From positions 5,580,001-5,644,000 of the forward strand of contig OX597837.1 of assembly GCA_951406725.2 (NCBI GenBank): a DNA stretch of 64,000 nucleotides, read 5' to 3'. Shown here piece after piece: positions 14,611 through 30,694 of this stretch (position 1 is the stretch's first letter; every line of letters begins with the position of its first letter). The position numbers and the translations under genes were made by a program. This DNA is from Octopus vulgaris (taxonomy: Eukaryota). The notes beneath the pieces are model-generated. The model had not been told where the DNA came from and ran no database searches. It worked only from the letters and a program-made list of their open reading frames with translations.

Positions 14611-14694
14611 TCGGCTGACGAGTACGAGCCATCTATATTTACTGCATTTTTTGTAGCTTATTAAAGATGTCCTCGTACGAAACAATTGTACCGA
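14611..14694 (+). ncRNA. Type I hammerhead ribozyme, canonical core
   Basis: Stem I UCGG/CCGA; CUGACGA 14615-14621; stem II GUACGAG/CUCGUAC extended by CAUCU/AGAUG; GAAA 14679-14682; palindromic stem III ACAAUUGU; predicted cleavage after A14690. Confidence 0.8.
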
Positions 14695-14845
14695 TATATT
14701 GATCTATTCCTGTTGCTTTTTTCCTATTTGTAATCACCCCAATTGTCGTATGGTTAACACCATATAGATTTCCGGTGCATCCTAGTTAAGGACCATATTC
14801 ATGTGAATTCATTAGAATTCACTTGAATTTCAATTACTTAAACCG

Positions 14846-14932
<87 letters not shown>

Positions 14933-15165
14933 GTATATATATGTGTGTGTGTGTTTGTGTGTCTGTATTTGTCCCTCCAACATCGCTTGACAACTGATGG
15001 TGGTGTGTTTACGTCCCCGTAACTTAGCGGTTCGGCAAAAGAGACCGATAGAATAAGTACTTGGCTTACAAATGATAGGTCCTGGGGTCGATTTGCTCGA
15101 CTAAATAAAGTGCTCCAGCATGGCCGCAGTCAAATAACTGAAACAAGTAAAACAGTAAAAGAGCT

Positions 15166-15920
15166 TGTATGCATGTATGTATGTATGTATGTATGTATGT
15201 ATGTATGTATGCATGTATGTATGTATGCATGTATGTATGTATGTATGTATGTATGTATGTATGTATGTATGCATGCATGTATGTATGTATGTATGTTTGT
15301 ATGTATGTATGTATGTATGTATGCATGCATGCATGTATGTATGTATGTATGTATGTATGTATGTTTGCATGTATGTATGTATGTATGTATGTATCTATGT
15401 ATGTATGTATATATGTTTGTATGTATGTATGTATGTATGTATGTTTGCATGCATGTATGCATGCATGTATGTATGTATGTATGTATGTATGTATGTATGT
15501 ATGTATGTATGTATGTTTGTATGTTTGTATGTATGTATGTGTGTTTGTATGTATGTATGTATGTTTGTATGTATGTATGTATGTATGTATGTTTGTATGT
15601 ATGTATGTACGTAAGCATGTATGTATGTTATGTATGAATGTATGTATGCATGCATGTATGTATGTATGTATGTATGTATGTATGTTTGCATGCATGTATG
15701 CATGCATGCATGTATGTATGTATGTATGTATGTATGTATGTATGTATGTTTGTATGCATGTATGTATGTACGTATGTACGTAAGCATGTATGTATGTTAA
15801 GTATGAATGTATGTATGTACGTATGTATGTGTATGTATGTATGTATGTATGTATGTATGTATGTATGTACGTATGTATGTATGTTTGTATGTATGTATGT
15901 ATGTATGTATGTATGTACGT
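15166..15920. repeat. (TATG)n array, ~750 bp
   Basis: Direct reading; source of MYVC/HTYI ORFs. Confidence 0.95.
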
Positions 15921-16560
15921 ATAAGCCTATTGGTTTGGGGCGTTGAAAAAGAACCTGAGTCTTATTACGATTTGTAGTTTTAAATTATTTTAAATAAATT
16001 TATTAAAATATTATACAATTTCAACAATTTTATGTCTAGCAATAGTAAATATAAATAAAACTAAAAAGGTTTCAGGAAGATACAGGATGCTAAAGAAAAT
16101 TCAGAAAATATCATAACGTACGTCGTGTGTTCTGGTCACTTATTCTATTCCAGCGTTCCGATTGGCTGAGATCCTGGTGACATCATTTATTTATCAAGTA
16201 TTGATCTCACTTGTTCTTTGACCAGTAGATATCAAGTGCGCTGATTCGTTGATTTTCTGCATACGTCATTTTTTCGACGAAGATCTTGGAAAATTCATTT
16301 TGTCTGACTGTCGTTCGGTGTTCCTGTTGGCTGTTTCTCTTAAGAAGTCACTGCCCAGAAAAAAAAAGAAAAAAAGCACCACATCTTTGGGCAGTGCTCA
16401 ACATTCACTCACAAGGCATTGCTCGACCCGTGGTTATTTTGGAAAGGATTCGTCTAAGGTTCTACGCTGTGGCACTGGCCCGGAAACTGAATGAATGGCT
16501 GCGAATCAAACTTCTCAACCCCAGGAACATAACTACGTGCAATGTATTTAACGATATATA

Positions 16561-17010
<450 letters not shown>

Positions 17011-17044
17011 TTATATATCACCACTCGTGTTCGACATCTTTTTT

Positions 17045-17088
<44 letters not shown>

Positions 17089-17108
17089 TATGTATATACA
17101 TATATATA

Positions 17109-17272
17109 GGCGCAGGAGAGGGGGTGTGGTAAGTAGTTTGTTTACCAACCACACGGTCATGGGTGGGTTCAGTCCTACTGCGTGGCACCTTAGGCAAGGT
17201 GACTTTTATTATAGCCTCGGGCCGATCAAAGCCTTGTGGACTTGGTACACGAAACTGAAAGAAGCCCGTTGT
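17109..17272 (+). mobile_element. SINE A 5' half
   Basis: ggcgcaggag..gtgtggtaagtag...gaaactgaaagaagcccg. Confidence 0.75.
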
Positions 17273-17273
17273 G

Positions 17274-17326
<53 letters not shown>

Positions 17327-17408
17327 CTATCTTTCCATCAATTCCATCTATCTATCTATTTATCTTTTTTTCGCAGTCTCTTTCACTGTCAGCAAATCTC
17401 TCTCTCCA

Positions 17409-17458
<50 letters not shown>

Positions 17459-17555
17459 CATGCACACACGCACACGCACACGTCAACAGATTGTCAGAAA
17501 TCTCGTTCGCACGTCTCACATGAGAGCAAAAAGACAGCTGCAGCAGCAGAATAAG

Positions 17556-18212
17556 CAACAACAACAGCACCACCACCACCACCACCACCACCACCACAAC
17601 CACCACCAGTATCACCACCACCACCACCACCACCACCACCACCAACACCACCACCACCACCACCACCACCACCAGTATCACCACCACCACAACCACCACA
17701 AACACCACCAGTATCACTACCACCAACACCACCACCACCACCACCACCACGACCACCACCACCACCACCAACAACACCACCACCACGACCACCACAACCA
17801 CCAGTATCACCACCACCACCACCAGTATCACCACCACCACCACCACCACCACCACCACACCACCACCACCACCACCACCACCACCACCACCAACACCACC
17901 ACCACACCACCACCACCACCACCACCACCAGTATCACCACCACCACCACCACAACCACCAGTATCACCACCACCACCACCACCACCACCACCACCACCAC
18001 CACGACCACCACGACCACCACCACCAACACCACCACCACGACCACCACCACCACCAGTATCACCACCACCACCACCACCACCACAACCACCAGTATCACC
18101 ACCACCACCACCACCACCACCAACACCAACACCACGACCACCACGACCACCACGACCACCACAACCACCACCAGTATCACCACCACCACACCACCACCAC
18201 CACCACCACCCA
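17556..18212. repeat. (CAC)n compound microsatellite
   Basis: Direct reading; slips between poly-H, poly-T and poly-P frames. Confidence 0.95.
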
Positions 18213-18608
18213 TCTTAACGCGGGAACTTCAGCCTGGCTACACCCCAATGGCTGCAACCAGTGAAATAAATTGAAAGAATCTATGTTTAAGACTAATTAG
18301 TATTCACATTTCTGTCCTAGATTGTTTTTTTGCGTCTATTCTTTTATTCCTTTATTCTTTTATTCTATTATTCTTTTATTCTATTATTCATTTATTCTAT
18401 TAATTACAATAAATGCAAATAAACTGATAAACCATCCATCGTAGACTTAACAACATAAGAGATTAAATAAATAAACAAATAAATAAATAAATAAATGTAT
18501 GTATATATATATACATACATACGTACATACATATATATATATATATATATATAAAACAACAGGCGGAAAGGAAATAAATAAGAATTACATGAGCGTGAGT
18601 GCGTGTAA

Positions 18609-18647
<39 letters not shown>

Positions 18648-18681
18648 TATACATACATACATGCATATATACATATATACG

Positions 18682-18727
<46 letters not shown>

Positions 18728-18910
18728 TAAACATACATATATATATATGTATGTATACCTATATACATATATAGGTATGTATACCTATATACATATATAG
18801 GTATACATATATATATGTATGTATACATATATATATGTATATATATATGTATGTATATATGTATGTTTATATATATATTTTTATATATATACGATATATG
18901 TATGTATTTA

Positions 18911-18967
<57 letters not shown>

Positions 18968-19417
18968 GTATATGTACACAAGCACACACACGTATGTGGA
19001 ACGCCATTAAATAAAACAAAATATATTTAATAATAGTAAATAGCATGTATAAACACATATGTCCGCGTATATATATATTAATACACACACATATAACACA
19101 CACACACACATATATACATATTTATAAATACACACACATATAAAGCAGTAGATTATTTACGCCATAATGATAAATTGAACTGAAGCAAGTCGCTACAGTT
19201 TGTCCTATACATCTTATTTAAGCGCATAGATAGATCTGCTCTTCGTTCGTTCGGCAGCCATTGAAATCTAATTTAAATAACGTTTAGTAAACTTTACTAA
19301 GTTACTATTGCATTTGTTAAGCTTCTATTTATTCTCCAATTCTTTCGCCCGTTTGTTGTTATCGCTATCGCTGCTTCTGCTGTTATTGTTGTTATTGTTG
19401 TTTCGTAGTTGTTGTTT

Positions 19418-19432
19418 TTCTTCTTCTTCTTC

Positions 19433-19464
<32 letters not shown>

Positions 19465-19860
19465 CTTCTTCTTCCTCTTCTCCTTTTTCTTCTTCTTCTT
19501 CTTCTTCTTCTTCTTGTCCTTCCTAGTCTTCTTCTTTTTCATGTTCCTTTTCCTCTTCTTCTTCCTCTTCCTCTTCTTCTTCTTCTTCTTCTTATCATTA
19601 TTATTCTGCTTCTTCTTGACTCTTCTCGTCTTCTTCCTTTTATTCTCCTCCTCCTCTTTCTCCTCCTCCTCGTCCTCTTCTTCTTCTTCTTCTTCTTCTT
19701 TTTCTCCTCTTCCTCCTCCTCCTCCTCCTCCTCCTCCTTCTTCTTCTTCCTTCTTCTTCTTTTCTTCTCCTCCTCCTCCTCCTCCTTCTTCTTCTTCTTC
19801 TTCTTCTTCTTCTACTACTACTACTACTATTTCTTCTTCTACTTCTTCTTTCCCTTCTTC
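19418..19860. repeat. (TTC)/(TCC)n polypyrimidine tract
   Basis: Direct reading. Confidence 0.95.
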
Positions 19861-20204
19861 AGCTGTAGATATGTTTTGCTATTTGCAGACAAATCGTTTT
19901 TTCTTCTCCCAAATCCTCCACAACATTAAATACTATTTGTGAATTATCCCAAGAGGCAAAACTTGGTTATTCTGAGGGTCAGAAAGGTTACGTAGCACAA
20001 ACCACGCAGGAGGGTTTGTGCTACTCAACGCAACGACCACAATTATCATCATCATCATCATCATCAACATCGTCGTCGTCGCCGTCGTCATCACCTTGAA
20101 CATCATCATCATCTTCATCATCTGTAACTATTAACTCGTATAGCGGACCTTGCTTTACCAAGATTCTCCGAAGATAAAAATGTATATATTATGCCCGGAA
20201 TTTT

Positions 20205-20315
20205 GTCAGTGAATAGGTCGTGGTCTCACAGCGACGAAAATATTTTGGTAAGTTAAATTTAAATGTTGAAGTGAATCTATCGGTTTTTTGCGTGTTTCTT
20301 AAATGGCTTATACAC
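20205..20315 (+). repeat. Interspersed repeat of unknown class (partner ~31289-31396)
   Basis: gtcagtgaa.agg...ggtctca.gc..cgaaaatattttgg.aa.tta.attta..tgt.ga.gtgaatcta is shared. Confidence 0.6.
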
Positions 20316-20445
20316 GGAGAGTAGACCACTAAAGTTTACGCACTCATATATATTGTAAAAATATTTATGTACACTGACATTTTTAACGCATGCTAGCCAC
20401 TTGGTATAAACTATTATTCTTAATAATTTTAAATCTTTCTATTCA

Positions 20446-20493
<48 letters not shown>

Positions 20494-20908
20494 GGCACAG
20501 GAGTGGCTGTGTGGTAAGTAGCTTGCTTACCAACTACATGGTTCCGGGTTCAAACCCACTGCATGGCACCTTGGGCAAGTGTTTTCTACTATAGCCTTGG
20601 GCCGACCAAAGCCTTTGAGTGGATTTGGTAGACGGAAACGGAAAAGACACCCGTCATATATATTTATATTTATATATATGTATGTGTATGTGTGTGTGTT
20701 TGTGTGTCTGTGTTTGTCCCCCCCCCAATCGCTTGACAACCGATGCTGGTGTGATTATGTCCCCGTCACTTAGCGGTTCGGCAAAAGAGACCGATAGAAT
20801 AAGTACTGGGCTTACAAAAGAATAAGTCCAGGAGTCGAGTTGCTCGATTAAAGGTGGTGCTCCAGCATGGCCGCAGTCAAATGACTGAAACAAGTAAAAG
20901 AGAGAGAG
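20494..20908 (+). mobile_element. SINE A, full length
   Basis: Complete head, body, microsatellite and tail. Confidence 0.9.
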
Positions 20909-21397
20909 TATATAATTACTTATAACGTTAGATTGTTATAAATCCTGAAAATGTTGGATTGTTATAACGCCGACTTCGGCATGTCGCATAGTTATTAAAA
21001 GCAGTAAAGACACGACTATCTCAGACCGCCTAATAAGTACTCTGGTACTTCACGTACTTTACTTATAGGGACCAGGTTATTCCATTCGTCACGTAGGAGA
21101 TGTGTGCCATTATTACCAATTCTCTACAACATCTCCCTTTTTAATTCACTAGCGGCTAGGGAAGAAGAAACTTGCCTAAGATTCAGAGCAGCGATATCGA
21201 AACTGGAAAGAGGTGGTTGCAAGTCAAAAATTTTGATAACATGACCATCTCTTCCTCTCACTATCTCCCCTCATCTTTCTCTCTCTCTCTCTCTCTCTCT
21301 CACATACTTCTATACACTTCTATAATACATACATACACGCACATACACACATACATATAGACGTATATATTTGTAAATAAATTTATGTATGTATATA

Positions 21398-21434
<37 letters not shown>

Positions 21435-21736
21435 GTATGTATGTATGTATATGTATATATATAGTACTCGTTGTTTTGTCTTTTTCTTTTGTTTTTACAT
21501 TTAGCATTGTCTGCACGTTTTGGGGGAATTAAGAATAAAGATTAGAAATGAAAGACAGACAGACAGACCTATGGACTGATGACGATGATAGCACGAGTGA
21601 GTGAGTGAGAGATGGATGAGAAAGAGAGGATGTGTAGGGAAAGAAAGAGAGAAATACAGACACGGGGGGATCAAAAGAAAGAGTAAGATAAGTAGAGAGT
21701 CTAATAAATAAACAGAATGAGATTTCGAGATAAGGT

Positions 21737-21779
<43 letters not shown>

Positions 21780-22171
21780 ATGAAGAATGAAAGAGGGAGG
21801 GAGGATGGGAAGAGGAGAAAATGAAAGAAGGAGAAGGGGTTGTTTAAGTTGAATTGTAAATCTAATATGAGAGCAATTAATTGCAGAAGACAAGGGTATA
21901 TTTATCATGTCAGTGAAATTAATTGAATATCACAAAATACAAGAAAACATATTAAGAAGAAAAACAAATAAAAAACAAAAAACAAAAAGAAGAAAAATAT
22001 CTCAAAACATTCAAACATTAAGAAGTAATGTAAACCACACAATGAAAAAGGAAGAAGAAACAAAGAGAAAACCAAAAATCAAAGAAAGAACATTGAACCG
22101 AAAGAGGCAGAATAAACACGAAATCGAGTTTATAAAGGACGACGAGTGAAAAGTTACAAGTAAGGAAATAA

Positions 22172-22268
<97 letters not shown>

Positions 22269-22281
22269 GTATGTATATATG

Positions 22282-22336
<55 letters not shown>

Positions 22337-22347
22337 ACATATATATC

Positions 22348-22381
<34 letters not shown>

Positions 22382-22540
22382 CATATATATCTATATATGT
22401 TTATGTATATGTATTTATATATGTGTATATATATATAGTTGATGTTGACATAAAACGATATATCAGTACGAACACAGGATGTAAAACAATGACAAAGACA
22501 CACATCGGCACAATCACAATGATATACAATGGTATACAAG

Positions 22541-22615
<75 letters not shown>

Positions 22616-23286
22616 CATACATATATGCATATGTATATATATATATATGTGTGTGTGTGTATATATATTTATACATGCATATATGCATGTAAATATATAT
22701 ACATACGCACACATACATACACACGCACACACACACACACATATATGTATATTTATATATATATACATGTGTGTATTTGTGTGTGTGTGTTTGTATAATG
22801 TATTTCAGCAATCGTTCAATGGTTTATAAATCTGTTTCAAACCATTTTGAACTTTCCCAAAATTGTTCCACTGAGGTCAAAATTATCCAAACAGATTTAT
22901 AAACCTGTTGATTATTATTATTATTATTTTTTGAATGGTTTAATAGAGTGAATTCTTTTCTACTCAAATATTCAGAACTTCATTTATTTTATTAATCACC
23001 TTCGTTCCAGTTGTGTGTTCCAGTCCGTGTTTCCGATTTGCTATTTATTCTCAAAATTACACTTCTGTCAAAATTGTTTAGTCCACATCACTCCGTAAGG
23101 ACTATAGGGTCAGTTTCCCTGTTTCTCTTACGTATATATTCCCACAATTGGAAGGGACGTCGGTCAGTCGCAGTATTCCTCATTTTGCAGTGGGACTGAA
23201 CCCGGAGCCATGTGGTTGGAAGCTTCTTGTTTTGTTTTATGATTCGACAATACTTTTCCTCGAAAATAATAACTATATATACGTAC

Positions 23287-23337
<51 letters not shown>

Positions 23338-23677
23338 TTGAAATGGATAAATGAATTATCTTGTTACGGATTATTCAAATGATAACCGATACCTGGGTAG
23401 CAAAAATCACAACAGAAAAATCACGGTTGAGGTTACGACCATGGGGTCTCAAACCCATGCCTTAGTGCGGAAATTTGAAGTTTTATATATTTAGTGTAGG
23501 AAGAAATGGAGCTGAACGAAGATTTAACAAAATTCCTTTTATTATTTTCTATATATGTTTCAAAGGCTGCAAAGTCCCTAATTCAGATTGCAGCCTTCTC
23601 TTCAGGAAAATCCAGGAACTTAATTCTCCAACAAGATGCACAGCAAGCTTTTCGACAAACGCTCACGAGGAGCCCAC

Positions 23678-23746
<69 letters not shown>

Positions 23747-23894
23747 TTATTTATCACTCTATTGTATTAGATTCATATTATTTTTAGTTTATGGGAATTT
23801 TATTCTGTCATCAGGTTATAGTGTGGGGGTGTGGTACTGATAAACTGGTAATGCAGGTACCATACACATTTCCACACACACATACTTAGCAAAG

Positions 23895-24035
23895 AGACAC
23901 ACACAGCAGTATACGCATGTGCAAATAAAGACTCATACAACAGGAGCACAAAATAGCAGAACCCAACATACATCCCGGTCCGGGAATCGAACTCATGATT
24001 GTGAGCCAGACGCTGTGACCACTAAACCATGCACC

Positions 24036-24036
<1 letters not shown>
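23895..24036 (-). mobile_element. SINE group C head (tRNA-like), diverged
   Basis: Minus strand ggtgcatggtttagtggtcacagcgtctggctcacaatcatgagttcgattcccggaccggg, similar to the head at 43666. Confidence 0.55.
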
Positions 24037-24076
<40 letters not shown>

Positions 24077-24627
24077 ACACACACAAACGTATACATATAT
24101 GTTTCCGTCTACTAAATCCACTCACAAGGCTTTGGTCGGTCCGAGGCTATAGTAGATGACATTTGCCCACACACACGCGAGCACCACAGACACATATACA
24201 AGCAAACACATGTTAATATACGTATGGGCAAGTGAGCGTGGGCATATGTACTATTGAAACTATTTCTACGAATGACTACGTATTTTTAGAAATATATATA
24301 TATATACTACAATTAATTTCTATCTTCATTATGTCCACACCACTTATGCTATAATTCATATCTTCTAAGAGAATTCTCCGTGGATGTCTGCTTGTACTTA
24401 TGTCAATATTTTTGTAACGTCATTTCTCTTACTCAGCTCCGCCCTCCCCCCGTATTTCTAACACACGTTTTCTGTTCGTAAGTAGTACATTGACATGAAC
24501 ATGTGTAATCAAACATCTGTCTTAAACACGGAAAACGACGTGTGTTTTTGCCGTTTCTCTGAAGTACAATTAATATGTTTCTGTTTGTATTTGTTTGTAA
24601 ATACATGCAAACCCCGACATATATATA

Positions 24628-24792
24628 GGCGCAGGAGTGGCTGTGTGGTAAGGAGCTTGCTTACCAACCACATGGTTCCGGGTTCAGTCCCACTGCGTGG
24701 CATCTTGGGCAAGTGTCTTCTGCTATAGCCCCGGGCCGACCAATGCCTTGTGAGTGGATTTCGTAGACGGAAACTGAAAGAAGCCTGTCGTA

Positions 24793-24833
<41 letters not shown>

Positions 24834-25041
24834 ATGTTTATGTGTCTGTGTTTGCCCCCCTAGCATTGCTTGACAACCGATGCTGGTGTGTTTACGTTGC
24901 CGTCACTTAGCGGTTCGGCAAAAGAGACCGATAGAATAAGTACTGGGCTTACAAAAGAATAAGTCCCGGGGTCGAGTTGCTCGATTAAAAGGTGCTCCAG
25001 CATAGGCGCAGTCAAATGACTGAAACAAGTAAAAAGAGAGA
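24628..25041 (+). mobile_element. SINE A, full length
   Basis: Complete element. Confidence 0.9.
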
Positions 25042-25165
25042 ATATATCTATGGCATGTGCTAAGTGTATCTTTCAATAATGCTTATATACACTCAGGAAC
25101 ACAGTCACTCACACACACACATTAATCGCACATTGTTATATATTAATATATATATAAATATATAC

Positions 25166-25580
25166 TCTCTCTTTTACTCTTTTAATTGTTTCAGTCATTT
25201 TGACTGCGGCCATGCTGGAGCACCGCCTTTAGTCGAGCAAATCGACCCCGGGACTTATTCTTTGTAAGCCCAGTACTTATTCTATCAATCTATTTTGCCG
25301 AACTGCTAAGTGACGGCGACGTAAACACACCAGCATCGGTTGTCAAGCAATGCTAGGGAGACAAACACAGACACACAAACACACACATACATACATATAT
25401 ATATATATACATATATACGACAGGCTTCTTTCAGTTTCCGTCTACCAAATCCACTCACAAGGCATTGGTCGGCCCGGGACTATAGCAGAAGACACTTGCC
25501 CAAGATGCCACGCAGTGGGACTGAACCCGGAACCATTTGGTTGGTTAGCAAGCTACTTACCACACAGCCACTCCTGCGCC
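25166..25580 (-). mobile_element. SINE A, full length, inverted relative to 24628-25041
   Basis: Complete element on the minus strand. Confidence 0.9.
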
Positions 25581-25899
25581 TATATATATATATACTTATA
25601 ACAATAACGGTTTTTTGCAACAAGTTGTTTAACCACATACCGAAAATTTTAGAAACAGCGGCCAAAAGACTACTATTTCCTTTTACTACAAAAATGTGTC
25701 TCCACAGACAACAATATTTGTAATTCACATATGGCAAAAAAAGAAGAAAAATAATGAAATCAATCAGTCTTCGGTTAATAATGGACGTACGTTTCTGGAT
25801 TAGAATCATAAGACTCATTTCCTTCATCAAAATAATATCCCTATAAATCTAGAAATGCTAGGAAAACTTACCTCCTATATTTTCGATCTAGCGACATCG

Positions 25900-25947
<48 letters not shown>

Positions 25948-26919
25948 GAGCAACACGCCCCCCATCCAATGGACGGTGCTGAGTTGTCTGACATTTAAAC
26001 CAAATTTACTCAAAACAACTTGTCCGACCGGCCTATAGGCCTCCCCTTTGATCCAGACTATATGGTTGAACTCCAGACCGTATGCGTCTTAACCACATAA
26101 CCTCCCCCAAGTCCGTTGTATGTAAAGCAATTTAACTATGATCGGAAGAAAAATATCCAATTCTTTCAGTAAAGTACAACTTCTAGAAGGAAAGGTGTGA
26201 AAATGACTTCGACGTTTCGGACTGCAAGCAATCGTCGGCATGTATTACATTTGCTTCACTTTAAATTTTATATAGTTCTTCGCATGTTGATTTTTCTGAT
26301 ATAGGTGTAGCTATGTGTAATGGATATGTGGGAAATGTTTTTGTAGGATTATTGTTGCTAGAAGGTTATTGCTGAAAGATTTTGCTTGGTTTGAATTTGG
26401 AATTATGTTACGTTTTAAAGTTCAATTATGTATAGAAATAATTTTGTATACATGTGTGTGTATGACTGTGTTTGAGTTCGTGTTTGTCCAGCTCACCACT
26501 GGACAACAAGTATTAGTTTATCTACATCACTGTAACTTAGTAGTCAGCGAGGGAATATTTATCAGAACTTGACCCCAAAATATTTACCGGGGTTGATTTT
26601 TGAGGTTAAACACTCCGAATCAGTGCTACAGCATCGCAGCAGCCCCACAACTGAAGCAAGTCAAAGATGTATCAATGTGTTTGAAAATGTATTTCCAGAA
26701 TTTATTATCGAATATACAATTACAATGGTAAATGAGCTTCCTGAAACGATACCAGACACTTCTAAATACACGCACACAAATGTATATATGAAAGAAAAAA
26801 AAATATATATATACACTCGCACATATATATGTATGTATAAATATATGCATATATATACATATACATATATATATATATATGAATATATATGTATTATGTA
26901 TATATATATATATATACAT

Positions 26920-26954
<35 letters not shown>

Positions 26955-27111
26955 CATACATACATATATATATATATGTGTGCGTGTGTATGTATATATA
27001 TGTGCGTATAAAAACCGTTGTTATGTCTATATTTAATGTGTAGACAGACACTATCGCACTTAATGATACAGAAAGTTTATTTTTGTATTTTATAGATATT
27101 TGAAACCTTGA

Positions 27112-27752
<641 letters not shown>

Positions 27753-27939
27753 TAGTGTTTTAAAATAATTATTTTCAAGTATATTGATATCGCCGTCGTT
27801 GTTGTTATGACAATAATGATAACAATATTAATGCAGTATAATTGATAATGTCTGCTTTCTCTGTTTATTCTGGAGCTGACGTTCTTCTTTTCAACAACTG
27901 TTACTAATGAAGACGTCCCCAAAGACATGCAAAGGTGCC

Positions 27940-28011
<72 letters not shown>

Positions 28012-28339
28012 TACATATTTATATATATATATATATTTATGTACAAATGCTTGTACGTATGAATGCATACACATCCATATATATATATATATATATATTA
28101 TATCGTATTATATTATATTGCAATTTATATATATATATATATATATATATATCATATTATATTATATTGTATTATATATTATATCTGCATATATATATAT
28201 ATATATGCATGTATATGTATTTTTAGGTATATTCGTATATGTATAAACCTGTATATCTATTTGTATATATATATATATATGTATATATATGCATATATAT
28301 GCTTTAAATTTTATATAGATCTTTATATATATATGCATG

Positions 28340-28380
<41 letters not shown>

Positions 28381-29117
28381 ATTTATATGTATATACACAC
28401 ACACATGCCTACGCATATGTCATGTTATGATATGACTCTTTCATGATATCGGGAAAATGATTCCGTGTCGAATGGAATTAAACACAGACAAGATAATTAA
28501 GATGCCATAGTAAAAACAATAACAACAATAACAACATCAATAGCAACAATAGCCACATAGAATAACAAACAGCAGCAGCAGCAACAGCAACAACAACTGC
28601 CACGACAATGCTGACAGTGACAACAAGACATACAGCAATACGTACGTAAAGAGCGAACACATTAAAATTACTAGTGTCTCTTGAGTTGTTGCTGCTGCTG
28701 CTACTACTACTACTACTACTACTACTGCTACTACTATTACGATTGCGGGTATATCACATATCTCAGAGAGAGAGAGACAAAGAGGAATTGCAATTATCAC
28801 ACGAGGAAACATCAATAACTAACAGAACAATATATAAAATGTTTCAACTTCATCGCAAGAGGGAAAAATTTTGATGAAGATATGAAAAATATATAAATAT
28901 AAAAAATAAATGTAAAAAGATTTAATCAGTGATAAATAATACAAAATAAATCGGAAGGAAAATATGAACAAAATATCATATTATATGTAAAGAATGTAGA
29001 TAAAAATGTAAAAGATAGACAGATAGACAGGTATGTGTATGTGTGTATATATATTTATATATATATATGTATATGCATATATATATATGTATACATACAT
29101 ATATATGTTTATGCATG

Positions 29118-29148
<31 letters not shown>

Positions 29149-29411
29149 GTATATATATATGTATATATATATACATGTATAGAAACATACATAGGAAGAG
29201 AGAGAGAGGGACAGAGAGGTTTGATTTACAGAGGAAATGTATCTATCTATCTATGTATCTATGCATATGTGTGTGTGTTTGTGTGTATACATATCCATCC
29301 ACATATACTTATATTCAAGAATACAGTTATGTTATATCTTTATGTATAAATAAATATATATATATAAAGATATATATATATGTATATATACATGTATAGA
29401 AACATACATAC

Positions 29412-29474
<63 letters not shown>

Positions 29475-30120
29475 TGTCAATGGTGTGTGTTTAACGTTGG
29501 GTTTAGTTTACTTTCTTTCACGACAAGGTACCAGTCAATTTAAGAGCTGTTTATTATATTATGGATATAATTTGTTTTTGAAAAACAGCTTATTTAGGTT
29601 TAAGGCTAATTATAATGCTATGTACTGAAAGACCAAAATTTTTATAACGAAAGCAATTTAAGTCCTTACGGAATATATACGAAGAGAAAATAACTTCGTG
29701 CAATAAATCCTAGTCGCGAAATCAACTAACGTGCAGCCTCGGATATATCACGCCTATGGATATTAAATATTTAAATTAATTTGTGATATGCACGCATTTA
29801 TATGTGAATTATCGGGAATATCTTTGGAAAAATATATATATAAATTTTGTGAATTTTATGATTTTGCTGAAGTGTCTTATTCTCTAGAATCTAGAGTCAA
29901 GATGGAAGGCTCAAATAATTGAGCTGCCGCGGTCCTCTAATGATGTCTGTTCGTTTGCAGTCTGCACAGTCCTGGAAAATTGTTGCCACTGGTTCCTTTG
30001 ATGTTAAAGCTAAATCTGGTTTTAAGTCTTCATCTTGCCCTATACCACACCTGTTAAACTGGAATTTATCAAGATCTTGACTTTTACGTAAATATGTGGC
30101 CGGTCGGGTTCCTTTTCGTT

Positions 30121-30300
30121 TCCTTAATCCTTAAATCCTTAAAAAGGTTTTAGCTCGAAGGCTGCGGCCATGCTGGGGCACCACCGCTGAATGAGCTACA
30201 CTAATATGTGAATCCACCTCTGATACGTGGCACTTGGTCAACAAGGGAGTTGGATGCCGCTGCCCGCATCCGTGTCCCCTCTCGTGAGGTAGGTTCCTGA
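30121..30300 (-). mobile_element. Probable LINE 3' end sharing the SINE A tail
   Basis: Minus strand: non-SINE sequence, then ggtggtgccccagcatggccgcagccttcgagctaaaacc and an (aaggatt)n-like tail. Confidence 0.55.
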
Positions 30301-30451
30301 TAATATTTAACACTTATTCATGTCAGTTTACCTTGCGAAGGACCATCTCATTAGTTCTTTTATCCATCTAGCACAGGCCTGCACAACTCGAATTACATTG
30401 CGGTCCACTTTAGTCAAAGAAAATTTTTGAGGGCCGCTTGCATATTTTATA

Positions 30452-30616
30452 GGCGCAGGAGTGGCTGTGTGGAAAGTAGCTTGCTAACCAGCCACATGGT
30501 TCCGGGTTCAGTCCCACTGCGGGGCATCTTGGGCAAGTGTCTTCTGCTATAGCCGCGGGCCGACCAATGCCTTGTGAGTGGATTTGGTAGACAGAAACTG
30601 AAAGAAGACTGTCGTA
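30452..30616 (+). mobile_element. SINE A 5' half, followed by (TA)n and a PLE-like segment
   Basis: Head matches 24628. Confidence 0.85.
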
Positions 30617-30692
<76 letters not shown>

Positions 30693-30694
30693 TT

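Larger units (their letters stand above)
13932..15163 (+). mobile_element. SINE A split by a ~750-bp PLE-like insertion in its internal (TA)n
   Basis: Head at 13932-14090 and tail at 14943-15163, collinear and on the same strand. Confidence 0.75.

Noticed and set aside
15066-15946. MYVC/HTYI repeat proteins, and all YI-repeat ORFs across the window
   Set aside because: Translations of (TATG)n and (TA)n
17352-18218. Poly-His/Pro (extensin- or formin-like) 252-aa ORF
   Set aside because: It is a (CAC)n microsatellite open in several frames on both strands, with no codon diversity or splice context
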